NCBI GenBank assembly: GCA_040285825.1
Contig: JAUPSS010000007.1
Location: forward strand, 2,950,689-3,014,688
From: Eukaryota sp. TZLM1-RC
Taxonomy: Eukaryota > Protista > Metamonada: BaSk clade
Length of the DNA stretch: 64,000 nt
Direction of reading: 5' to 3'
In this document: in pieces, positions 41,301 to 53,833 of the stretch
Numbering within the stretch: the stretch's first letter is position 1
How the letters are laid out: the number at the start of each line of letters is the position of its first letter
Program-made: the position numbers and the translations under genes
The notes under the pieces: generated by a model
What the model saw: the letters and a program-made list of their open reading frames with translations, nothing else
Databases searched by the model: none
Told to the model about the DNA's origin: nothing

Positions 41301-41969
41301 ACATTTATTTAATTGTAATAGATTTATTTCCTATCGTTCTACGTTGCATGATGCAGTCAGAGATCAAATCCATGCAATGTGTAATTCCTATCATATTGAA
41401 TCTTTTGTAGAACCTTTGTTGAGGTCTCTTGATATAAATGAAAGCGTAAGAGATTCAGAATATGGAAAACGACGTGCTGATGTTGTTGTGCCCTCGTTTG
41501 ATGATGTCATGAATGTTGTTGATGTCGTAACAGTGGATGTTTGCAAGAAAAATGCCTTGAAAAATGCTCAATCCGAAGTATCCCCCTTGATGACTCCGAA
41601 TTGTACAAACGGAAAAAGTATGCAAATCCTTTAAAAAGAATTGAAACATGTTCGCCATGTAGATTACCAAATTTGCCCATTTGCTATATCGTTGTATGGT
41701 CGTCTTGGAAAAACTGCTATGAATTTTATTGATGATTTTGAAAATCTTGTGAAAAGAAGAATGAATAAGCGTTTTGATCGTCGCTTGTGGCTAAATCGTA
41801 TTGTTTTTACTATTTTCAAATCAATTCCCAAAATGATTTCGAAAGCTTTGATGTCTGTCAGTGCACATTACGAAGAAATTGCTGTTGTGAGGTTTGATGG
41901 TGTGGAAGCTTGTTTTGAAGATATTGACTTTTAGACTGTAGTTTAATAATAAATTAAAATTTTTCAAAA
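38327..41969 (+). mobile_element. Family C long (near-full-length) element with a nested C fragment
   Basis: C4 finger CAIC...CHVC, LRGRYG, RT, RLE; TSD AAAAATCTTTGACAA at 38312-38326 and 41970-41984. Confidence 0.9.
39398..40027 (+). mobile_element. Family C 3' fragment inserted in C
   Basis: TSD AAAAATGCTTTCAA at 39384-39397 and 40028-40041; empty site at about 59481. Confidence 0.92.
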
Positions 41970-42849
41970 AAAAATCTTTGACAATTTTTGTTGAAGCTTT
42001 TTACAGCAAAACTGTAAATTAAAAAGAGATCGGTTTGGAATTTCTTGAATTGATTGAGGAAAACATTTGGTCCAAATTTGTGGCGGCAATTTTTCAAGTT
42101 CACAAGATAACTCATACAAATAGGGACTGCAATTGGGAACTAACAGATGAGAATCATCAGGAAATCTACGAGAAAATTCATAAATTTTTTTTTGAAAAAT
42201 TTTAATTTATTATTAAACTACAGTCTAAAAGTCAATATCTTCAAAACAAGCTTCCACACATAAATATATCCGATTCATAAATAAAATTTTTGCCACCACC
42301 CAAGAATGCTGATTGACACAAAATTGAAGATTTAGTAAATCCAATACCCCCAAATTTGCTGAAGAAAATAAGTGACTTTTCAACATTCCTGGTTCTACAT
42401 CCAATAAATCAGCAAAAAATTCTGTTCTCAATGAATTGAATGAACGACAAAAATCTAATGCTATGGAAGGAGCACAAGATCTCAAAATGTGGGTTATTCT
42501 CCCAGTGTAGCAAATTTTAAGCATGAAAAATTTAATATGCTTTTCTATATCTAAAGAAGAAATTGAATCAAGTTCAATTTTCATTTTTTCCAAAATAACT
42601 TGCAATTCATTCTGAATTTGAGGCACATTTCCTAACCAACAACCAAGGAACTTAAAAGCATCACTACTATAATTAGTAAAAGGGACAATAGAATCGTTTA
42701 TCACGAGGTCTTGAGCAGAAGAGCCAATCAGAAGGCATTTGCTGGCATTAAGATGAAGCCCAATATTTTCATATGAATCGGCAATTTCTTGAGCAACCAA
42801 TTCTAGTAAATCAAATGAACCAATCAAGGATATATCATCCATATAAGCA

Positions 42850-44148
42850 TTGTCGCATTTTTAATGAACAAAGAACTAATTTTTTAGCAAAATTATTGGA
42901 AATTGATGCATCTCAGTTACGAAGCCACATTTTTTGTGGTACAAATTTTGGTGGTGTTGATTTTCATAAGTCAAGCTACCTTTGTAAAGCTGCCTTTATT
43001 GGAGGTGGAAAGAATTTTATTTATGAATTTGTGAATCGTTTTCCTGAAAAAATTCATCTCATTGAAAATTGTGGCAGCTCCTATCTTATTTCTTTGCAAC
43101 AGGAAATTGAAACTCTTTCACCCAATATTTGGGCTAAATGTTTCCCCTCTGATATTGTGGAACTTCCTTCAAGAAGCTTGCTCTCCTTACCATTGACTTT
43201 TGCAAAATTGCAGAAAAAAATTTTGAAAGTTTTAGAAAACTTGGATTATATTGTACGTCTTAGCTTGGCTAAGGAAAAAAATCCCGTTTTTGCAAACTTT
43301 TTGATTGATCTTGAAGACAGTTGCACAAGTTGCTTAATCTCCCAAATTCCCAACATTTACGGCCTTCTACTTAATGATCACCAATGGACCACTGCAATGA
43401 GATTGAGATGTTTTCTATGGCCTTGTTCATTGCCAAATGATTTAATTTGTCGATGCAAGAGTGTTGTTACGCTTTCCCATATTTTAAACTGTAAGTATTT
43501 CATAACTTATCGCTCACTTGTTCATGACTCAGTTCGTGATCAATTATATGCCATGTGCAAAAGTTTCAATATAGAGGCATTTATTGAGCCACTAGTACGT
43601 AAGCTGTCTTCAGATCAAACTGATGATTCCTTTGGTAAAAGAAGGGCAGATTTAGTAGCTCCAGGGATCGATGGTGTTCTCAATGTTGTAGACGTTGTCT
43701 CAGTGGATGTTTGCAAAAATTCTGCTGCTCGTTTAGTGTATTCCGCTGACTCGCCGTTATCTAACGCCGAAAAAAAGAAGATAAAAAAATATGAAGAACC
43801 TTTGGCACAGTTAGGTAGAGTGGAACATGTGAAATATCAGTTTGTGCCGTTTGCAATTTCTCTTTTTGGCAATATTGGACCTTCAGGCTTGCACTTTTGG
43901 AAAATTTTAAAAAGTGTTACTGAATAGGTCTGGTAAAACAATGAACTCCACTTTCTGGTTAAATAGAATTGTTTTTTGCATTTTCAAGTCTATTCCTACA
44001 ATGATTTCAAAGGCACTTTTAGCTATCGGTGTAGAATATGAACGTAATGCTGTGAGTAGGTTCAGCAATAGTGACGCTTGTTTGGAGGATATTGAATTCT
44101 AGATGGTTATTTTTTTATCTCAATAAATATTCCAGTTTTTTAAAAAAA
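42850..44148 (+). mobile_element. Family F 5'-truncated element
   Basis: ORFs 42773-43927 and 43914-44102 ending LEDIEF; TSD ATATAAGCA at 42841-42849 and 44149-44157. Confidence 0.9.
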
Positions 44149-45540
44149 ATATAAGCAACTATTTTTATAGAAGGGTATTTTTGCTTAATGATATTTAAAG
44201 TTTTGTGAATAGCTAAACAAAACAATAATGGACCTAAAGGGTCACCTTGCTTCACACCAGAAGATGATTTAAGACCAAATGAATTAAAAATTAAATCTGA
44301 TTCTTTCCCATTTATCTCTTTCTCGTTTGCTGGCATCAATTGTCTTCGATCGTGTCAAAGACAAAGCTTCTACATTTTTAAATCCTCATCAATTTGGAAT
44401 CAAAACAATTGATGGTGCTTCTGTTGCTGCTATTGCCTCTGATACCTTTTTTAATGCAGAGGAAAATAATTTTATTTTTAATCTCGACTTTAAAAATGCT
44501 TTTAATTCTGTAAAGCGAGAAGCAATTTTTGAAGTTATTAAATCTGATTTTCCTGAGCTATCGAGTTTTTTCTACCATTTTTATGGTAAAGAATCAGATT
44601 TAATTTTTAATTCATTTGCTCTTAAATCATCTTCTGGTGTGAAGCAAGGTGACCCTTTAGGTCCATTATTGTTTTGTTTAGCTATTCACAAAACTTTAAA
44701 TATCATTAAGCAAAAATACCCTTCTATAAAAATAGTTGCTTATATGGATGATATATCCTTGATTGGTTCATTTGATTTACTAGAATTGGTTGCTCAAGAA
44801 ATTGCCGATTCATATGAAAATATTGGGCTTCATCTTAATGCCAGCAAATGCCTTCTGATTGGCTCTTCTGCTCAAGACCTCGTGATAAACGATTCTATTG
44901 TCCCTTTTACTAATTATAGTAGTGATGCTTTTAAGTTCCTTGGTTGTTGGTTAGAAATGTGCCTCAAATTCAGAATGAATTGCAAGTTATTTTTGGAAAA
45001 AAATGAAAATTGAACTTGATTCAATTTCTTCTTTAGATATAGAAAAGCATATTAAATTTTTTATGCTTAAAATTTGCTACACTGGGAGAATAACCCACAT
45101 TTTGAGATCTTGTGCTCCTTCCATAGCATTAGATTTTTGTCGTTCTTTTAATTCATTGAGAACAGAATTTTTTGCTGATTTATTGGATGTAGAACCAGGA
45201 ATGTTGAAAAGCCATTTATTTTCTTCAGCAAATTTGGGGGTATTGGATTTACTAAATCTTCAATTTTGTGTCAATCAGCATTCTTGGGTGGTGGCAAAAA
45301 TTTTATTTATGAATTTTCTCGTAGATTTCCTGATGATTCCCATCTGTTAGTCCCCAATTGTAGTCCCTATTTGTATGAGTTATCTTGTGAACTTGAAAAA
45401 TTACCGCCACAAATTTGGACCAAATGCTTTCCTCAATCAATTCAAGAAATTCCAAACCGATCTCTATTTAATTTACAGTTTTGCTGTAAAAAGCTTCAAC
45501 AAAAATTGTCAAAGATTTTTGAAAGCTTGGATTTTGATGT

Positions 45541-46024
45541 CATATTACCTGGATTAGATGGAAGCTTCATTTTATTGGATGTAATGTCTGTTGATCCTTG
45601 TAATGCCTCAAATGAAAGGCTTGTTAATTCTGAAATTCATAATCCCCTTTCAAATGCTGAAAATTTTAAATTCAAAAAATACAATGAACCTTTGTCCAAA
45701 TTGGCCAGTCTACAGCATGCAAAATACAATTTGTATCCATTTGTATTTTCCCTTTTTGGTTCACTTGCACCAACTGCTTTACGTTTTTTGGATGATTTTG
45801 AAATGATTGTAAAGAGAAGAACTGGGAGAAATTTCAACAAATTGTTTTGGCAAAATAGAATTGTGTTTTCTATTTTTAAGGGGATGTTGAAGATGGTTTC
45901 TGATGCTTTGCTTTCTCTTGGATCTCACTATGAGAGAGTTGCATCTAGTGTTTTTGTTTTGGGAGAGATGGATTTTTTAGATGTTGATTTATAGGTTTTG
46001 AATAAAATTAAATTTAAAAAAAAA
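45541..46024 (+). mobile_element. Family A 3' fragment inserted in A
   Basis: TSD TGGATTTTGATGT at 45528-45540 and 46025-46037. Confidence 0.85.
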
Positions 46025-47812
46025 TGGATTTTGATGTTAGACTTGGCTTGGCCAAGAAAAAGAATCCCGCTTTTGCAAATCTTTTACAAGATATGTGTGA
46101 CAGTACTTCTTCTGCCTTAGTAACAACAATTCCACAAGTTTATGGTACTCTCTTATCCGATTCTGCTTGGACTCTGAATATGAGATTTCGTTCCTTTATC
46201 TGGCCTGATAATTTACCTCATAATTTAATTTGTAAATGTTCTCGAGAAATTACAACTACTCATTTGTTAAATTGTAAACATTTTATTACTTTTAGCAGCA
46301 AGGTTCATGATGCTGTAAGAGACCAGTTATATTGTATGTGTAAATCTCATAGAATTGAATCCTTCTTGGAACCTCTGTTGTCAAATCTGTTTGATGCTGA
46401 AAATGATTTTCATAAGAATAATAGAGGTGATGTCATATTACCTGGATTAGATGGAAGCTTCATTTTATTGGATGTAATGTCTGTTGATCCTTGTAATGCC
46501 TCAAATGAAAGGCTTGTTAATTCTGAAATTCATAATCCCCTTTCAAATGCTGAAAATTTTAAATTCAAAAAATACAATGAACCTTTGTCCAAATTGGCCA
46601 GTCTACAGCATGCAAAATACAATTTGTATCCATTTGTATTTTCCCTTTTTGGTTCACTTGCACCAACTGCTTTACGTTTTTTGGATGATTTTGAAATGAT
46701 TGTAAAGAGAAGAACTGGGAGAAATTTCAACAGATTGTTTTGGCAAAATAGAATTGTGTTTTCTATTTTTAAGGGGATGTTGAAGATGGTTTCTGATGCT
46801 TTGCTTTCTCTTGGATCTCACTATGAGAGAGTTGCATCTAGTGTTTTTGTTTTGGGAGAGATGGATTTTTTAGATGTTGATTTATAGGTTTTGAATAAAA
46901 TTAAATTTAAAAAAAAAATGGATTTTGATGTTAGACTTGGCTTGGCCAAGAAAAAGAATCCCGCTTTTGCAAATCTTTTACAAGATATGTGTGACAGTAC
47001 TTCTTCTGCCTTAGTAACAACAATTCCACAAGTTTATGGTACTCTCTTATCCGATTCTGCTTGGACTCTGAATATGAGATTTCGTTCCTTTATCTGGCCT
47101 GATAATTTACCTCATAATTTAATTTGTAAATGTTCTCGAGAAATTACAACTACTCATTTGTTAAATTGTAAACATTTTATTACTTTTAGCAGCAAGGTTC
47201 ATGATGCTGTAAGAGACCAGTTATATTGTATGTGTAAATCTCATAGAATTGAATCCTTCTTGGAACCTCTGTTGTCAAATCTGTTTGATGCTGAAAATGA
47301 TTTTCATAAGAATAATAGAGGTGATGTCATATTACCTGGATTAGATGGAAGCTTCATTTTATTGGATGTAATGTCTGTTGATCCTTGTAATGCCTCAAAT
47401 GAAAGGCTTGTTAATTCTGAAATTCATAATCCCCTTTCAAATGCTGAAAATTTTAAATTCAAAAAATACAATGAACCTTTGTCCAAATTGGCCAGTCTAC
47501 AGCATGCAAAATACAATTTGTATCCATTTGTATTTTCCCTTTTTGGTTCACTTGCACCAACTGCTTTACGTTTTTTGGATGATTTTGAAATGATTGTAAA
47601 GAGAAGAACTGGCAGAAATTTCAACAGATTGTTTTGGCAAAATAGAATTGTGTTTTCTATTTTTAAAGGGATGTTGAAGATGGTTTCTGATGCTTTGCTT
47701 TCTCTTGGATCTCACTATGAGAGAGTTGCATCTAGTGTTTTTGTTTTGGGAGAGATCGATTTTTTAGATGTTGATTTATAGGTTTAGAATAAAAAGGTTT
47801 CGCTTAAAAAAA
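46025..47812 (+). repeat. Tandem 894-bp duplication of the family A 3' portion
   Basis: ORFs 46024-46887 and 46891-47781; same poly(A)|TGGATTTTG junction; shared FSSKVH variant. Confidence 0.88.
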
Positions 47813-49408
47813 ATTTTTTTCAAAAGATGTCGTTGGAGCTTTTTCAACGCAAATTTTAATGAATACAAACTTCTGTCTGGAATTTCTTGAATGGATATGG
47901 GGAAACATGATTGCCATAAGTCCGGAGATAAACTGGAAATTTCTTCTCTTAAGTTATCGAGGAATAGGCTATTTGTAGTTTCAAGAAGATTTTCGGCAAA
48001 GGATATCTTCTGGAGAATTCAAATACAAAATTTTTCCACCACCAATAAATGCAGCTTTGGTCAAATATTTTGATGAATTGAATCCAACACCGCCAAGTTG
48101 AACATCAGAAAAAAATATGATTTTTCAAAATTGATGGATCAACAGACATTAAATAAGCCAAAAATTGGGTACGTATTTTGTTAAATTGTCTACAAAAATT
48201 GTAAGTTAGGGATGGAGGTAATGATCTCAGTAAATGTGTAATTTTTCCAGCATAACAAATTTTCAAAAGAAAAAACTTAAGATGTTTTTCCAATTCAAGA
48301 GTCTTTATGACTTCTAGCTCTTTTTTAATTGAATTTAAATAATTTTCAAGGCTATCAAGTGTTTTTTCGGCGGAACCTAAATAGCAACCAAGAAAGCAGA
48401 AACTAGTTGAAGTATAATCAATATATGGAACTTCAAGGGAATTAATTATTAACTTTACATTTTTCCTAGAAATACAAAAACATTTTTGAACATTCAACTC
48501 AAGACCTATGGATTGGTATAATGTAGCAGCTTCATTAGCAACCCTATTAATTGTACTTTCTGGACCTCTTCTGCTCAAGACCTCGTGATAAACGATTCTA
48601 TTGTCCCTTTTACTAATTATAGTAGTGATGCTTTTAAGTTCCTTGGTTGTTGGTTAGGAAATGTGCCTCAAATTCAGAATGAATTGCAAGTTATTTTGGA
48701 AAAAATGAAAATTGAACTTGATTCAATTTCTTCTTTAGATATAGAAAAGCATATTAAATTTTTTATGCTTAAAATTTGCTACACTGGGAGAATAACCCAC
48801 ATTTTGAGATCTTGTGCTCCTTCCATAGCATTAGATTTTTGTCGTTCTTTTAATTCATTGAGAACAGAATTTTTTTGCTGATTTATTGGATGTAGAACCA
48901 GGAATGTTGAAAAGCCATTTATTTTCTTCAGCAAATTTGGGGGTATTGGATTTACTAAATCTTCAATTTTGTGTCAATCAGCATTCTTGGGTGGTGGCAA
49001 AATTTTATTTATGAATTTTCTCGTAGATTTCCTGATGATTCTCATCTGTTAGTCCCCAATTGTAGTCCCTATTTGTATGAGTTATCTTGTGAACTTGAAA
49101 AATTACCGCCACAAATTTGGACCAAATGTTTTCCTCAATCAATTCAAGAAATTCCAAACCGATCTCTATTTAATTTACAGTTTTGCTGTAAAAAGCTTCA
49201 ACAAAAATTGTCAAAGATTTTTGAAAGCTTGGATTTTGATGTTAGACTTGGCTTGGCCAAGAAAAAGAATCCCGCTTTTTGCAAATCTTTTTACAAGATA
49301 TGTGTGACAGTACTTCTTCTGCCTTAGTAACAACAATTCCACAAGTTTATGGTACTCTCTTATCCGATTCTGCTTGGACTCTGAATATGAGATTTCGTTC
49401 CTTTATCT

Positions 49409-52400
49409 TTATTTTTTTTTTAAAATTTAATTTTATTCTAAACCTATAAATCAACATCTAAAAATCCATCTCTCCCAAAACAAAACACTAGATGCAACTC
49501 TCTCATAGTGAGATCCAAGAGAAAGCAAAGCATCAGAAACCATCTTCAACATCCCCTTAAAAATAGAAAACACAATTCTATTTTGCCAAAACAATCTGTT
49601 GAAATTTCTGCCAGTTCTTCTCTTTACAATCATTTCAAAATCATCCAAAAACGTAAAGCAGTTGGTGCAAGTGAACCAAAAGGGAAAATACAAATGGATA
49701 CAAATTGTATTTTGCATGCTGTAGACTGGCCAATTTGGACAATGGTTCATTGTATTTTTGAATTTAAAATTTTCAGCATTTGAAAGGGGATTATGAATTT
49801 CAGAATTAACAAGCCTTTCATTTGAGGCATTACAAGGATCAACAGACATTACATCCAATAAAATGAAGCTTCCATCTAATCCAGGTAATATGACATCACC
49901 TCTATTATTCTTATGAAAATCATTTTCAGCATCAAACAGATTTGACAACAAAGGTTCCAAGAAGGATTCAATTCTATGAGATTTACACATACAATATAAC
50001 TGGTCTCTTACAGCATCATGAACCTTGCTTCTAAAAGTAATAAAATGTTTACAATTTAACAAATGAGTAGTTGTAATTTCTTGAGAACATTTACAAATTA
50101 AATTATGAGGTAAATTATCAGGCCAGATAAAGGAACGAAATCTCATATTCAGAGTCCAAACAGAATCGGATAAGAGAGTACCATAAACTTGTGGAATTGT
50201 TGTTACTAAGGCAGAAGAAGTACTGTCACACATATCTTGTAAAAGATTTGCAAAAGCGGGATTCTTTTTCTTGGCCAAGCCAAGTCTAACATCAAAATCC
50301 AAGCTTTCAAAAATCTTTGACAATTTTTGTTGAAGCTTTTTACAGCAAAACTGTAAATTAAATAGAGATCGGTTTGGAATTTCTTGAATTGATTGAGGAA
50401 AACATTTGGTCCAAATTTGTGGCGGTAATTTTTCAAGTTCACAAGATAACTCATACAAATAGAGACTACAATTGGGGACTAACAGATGAGAATCATCAGG
50501 AAATCTACGAGAAAATTCATAAATAAAATTTTTGCCACCACCCAAGAATGCTGATTGACACAAAATTGAAGATTTAGTAAATCCAATACCACCCAAATTT
50601 GCTGAAGAAAATAAATGGCTTTTCAACATTCCTGGTTCTACATCCAATAAATCAGCAAAAAATTCTGTTCTCAATGAATTAAAAGAACGACAAAAATCTA
50701 ATGCTATGGAAGGTGCACAAGATCTCAAAATGTGGGTTATTCTCCCAGTGTAGCAAATTTTAAGCATGAAAAATTTAATATGCTTTTCTATATCTAAAGA
50801 AGAAATTGAATCAAGTTCAATTTTCATTTTTTCCAAAATAACTTGCAATTCATTCTGAATTTGAGGCACATTTCCTAACCAACAACCAAGGAACTTAAAA
50901 GCATCACTACTATAATTAGTAAAAGGGACAATAGAATCGTTTATCACGAGGTCTTGAGCAGAAGAGCCAATCAGAAGGCATTTGCTGGCATTAAGATGAA
51001 GCCCAATATTTTCATATGAATCGGCAATTTCTTGAGCAACCAATTCTAGTAAATCAAATGAACCAATCAAGGATATATCATCCATATAAGCAACTATTTT
51101 TTATAGAAGGGTATTTTTGCTTAATGATATTTAAAGTTTTGTGAATAGCTAAACAAAACAATAATGGGCCTAAAGGATCTCCCTGCTTCACTCCAGAAGA
51201 TGATTTAAGACCAAATGAATTAAAAATTAAATCTGATTCTTTCCCATAAAAATGGTAGAAAAAAACTCGATAGCTCAGGAAAGTCAGATTTAATAATTTC
51301 AAAAATTGCTTCTCGCTTTACAGAATTAAAAGCATTTTTAAAGTCGAGATTAAAAATAAAATTATTTTCCTCTGCATTAAAAAAGGTATCAGAGGCAATA
51401 GCAGCAACAGAAGCACCATCAATTGTTTTGATTCCAAATTGATGAGGATTCAAAAATGTAGAAGCTTTGTCTTTGACACGATCGAAGACAATTGATGCTA
51501 GCAAACGAGAAAGAGATTCACCAACAGCAATTGGGCGTATTCCATCAGGTTTGATTCCGTTTCCAGGCTTTACTAAAGCAATCAGACGTGCTGCGAGTAA
51601 TTCAAATGGAGGATTAATTTTCAAAACAATCAATTGTTGAAAATAGTGGGCTAGATCATCAGCAATTTCGGGAGCACTGGAACACGCTATTTTTAACAGA
51701 TCAAAAGAAATTCCAGATGGGCCTGCTGCTTTCCCCTTTGGCAATTTTTGAATAGCTTTAAGAACTTCAATTGCAGTAATAGGATTTTCAATCCAAAAAG
51801 GACACACTTCAGGCTTGCTGCACTTGAAATTTTCTTGAGGATGCAACTTTTGAAGTTTTTCAAGGGTATCAGAGTTTGCATCAGCCAAAGAAGAGGAAAA
51901 CAAAGACTGCTTTGCGGCACCATAACGACCACGTAAGCACAATTTACGGCAAATTTTTGATTTTACAATTTTTCTATTTCCAAATTTTTTTCTTAAAACA
52001 ATTTTTGTTTTTTCTAGCAAAATATTTCCAGAAGGATGAAATATTCCACTTATTATTTTTCAATTCAGAAGTAAAATTTCTCATTTCCATTGAGAAGGGG
52101 ATTGTGCTGGCGGGACTTATTTCTACTGGGATCCGGATCGGGGGTCTTACGGTATCAACGGCTTTACAATTCGTACAAAACAGAAGTTTTCGACCATTTC
52201 GTGAATCTGCAACATCTTTTTTGCAAAATGGACAACAAAAATTACTGTTTTCAGAAGGGGAAGAAGAGGGAACATTAGAAGCATTTAACTGTTGATCGTC
52301 AGAAACATTATTTTCAGCACCTTTCACAACGGCAACAGCTGGAACAGAACATTTGAGAATTTGTTGAGCAGATTTTAATTCAAATTCTCTTTTTTGTTTC

Positions 52401-52898
52401 TCAGGGCACGTTCTCGAATTATGACCACTGAAACCACAAATCGAACATTTTTTAGAACCTTTTAATGGCAGTGGTTTCAATTTTTCAGTTCTTTCAATTT
52501 TGTTAATTTGTGAGTTAAAAGTAGAAATAGACATTTGACTATTTGCAGTTTCAGCTGGAGAAAACAAATTTCGAGAAACGGAGTTGTTAATAGAACGCGC
52601 AACAGAACGCAAGGAACGTAATGGTGGTTTTTCTGTGTTTTTTCTGGTACAATGATCAGTTTTTGAATGAAAATTTTTTTGAGATGAATTTCGAGCATAG
52701 CTTGTATTGTGGGGAGAGTGGGGAAGTGGAGTGGATGAGCTTGATCTGACTGGTAGAATCTTTGCTTGGGCGTTCCAATCAGTATCAGAGTCACTATCAG
52801 CCAAAGGCATCGTTTTGACAGAGAAACAGTACGACTTTGACGCCTTGACAGAAAGTGAAATATGAAAGGGTTGACTAAGGGAGGGAGAAAAAAAAATA
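49409..52898 (-). mobile_element. Family A full-length element (about 3.5 kb)
   Basis: Poly(T) at left; TSD TTCCTTTATCT at 49398-49408 and 52899-52909. Confidence 0.92.
49444..52810 (-). CDS. Family A polyprotein (about 1120 aa: knuckle, C4 finger, RT, CCHC, RLE) with apparent frameshifts at homopolymer runs
   Basis: ORF pieces 51974-52810, 51220-52020, 51078-51302 and 49451-51085; CSICGFSGHNSRTC, CPFC...CTNC, QGDPLGP, YMDD, RGDV. Confidence 0.8.
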
Positions 52899-53833
52899 TT
52901 CCTTTATCTGGCCTGATAATTTACCTCATAATTTAATTTGTAAATGTTCTCGAGAAATTACAACTACTCATTTGTTAAATTGTAAACATTTTATTACTTT
53001 TAGAAGCAAGGTTCATGATGCTGTAAGAGACCAGTTATATTGTATGTGTAAATCTCATAGAATTGAATCCTTCTTGGAACCTTTGTTGTCAAATCTGTTT
53101 GATGCTGAAAATGATTTTCATAAGAATAATAGAGGTGATGTCATATTACCTGGATTAGATGGAAGCTTCATTTTATTGGATGTAATGTCTGTTGATCCTT
53201 GTAATGCCTCAAATGAAAGGCTTGTTAATTCTGAAATTCATAATCCCCTTTCAAATGCTGAAAATTTTAAATTCAAAAAAATACAATGAACCTTTGTCCA
53301 AATTGGCCAGTCTACAGCATGCAAAATACAATTTGTATCCATTTGTATTTTCCCTTTTGGTTCACTTGCACCAACTGCTTTACGTTTTTGGATGATTTTG
53401 AAATGATTGTAAAGAGAAGAACTGGCAGAAATTTCAACAGATTGTTTTGGCAAAAATAGAATTGTGTTTTCTATTTTTAAGGGGATGTTGAAGATGGTTT
53501 CTGATGCTTTGCTTTCTCTTGGATCTCACTATGAGAGAGTTGCATCTAGTGTTTTTGTTTTGGGAGAGATGGATTTTTTTAGATGTTGATTTATAGGTTT
53601 AGAATAAAATTAAATTTTAAAAAAAAAAATTCTGGACCAATACAAAAATGTCATCCATGTAGGCTACCACTTGAAGGTCAGAATTTTCTTCTTTTAATTT
53701 TTTTCAAAATTGGGTGAATTGCAAGACAAAAAAAGAAAGGACCTAAAGGGTCTCCTTGTTTAACTCCTGATAAAGAATCAAGATTAAAAGAATTAAAAAT
53801 TAAATCAGATGAATTACCATAAAACCTATAAAA

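Larger units (their letters stand above)
48567..53629 (+). mobile_element. Family A 5'-truncated insertion in C(-), hosting a full-length A(-)
   Basis: TSD TTCTGGACC at 48558-48566 and 53630-53638; empty site at about 30406. Confidence 0.88.

Noticed and set aside
44149-44700. Twin-priming 5' inversion
   Set aside because: The opposed A segments overlap in element coordinates, and the minus copy resumes at 63624 after a TSD
45528-45545. Internal ~400-bp deletion in A
   Set aside because: Better explained as an A-into-A insertion with TSD TGGATTTTGATGT
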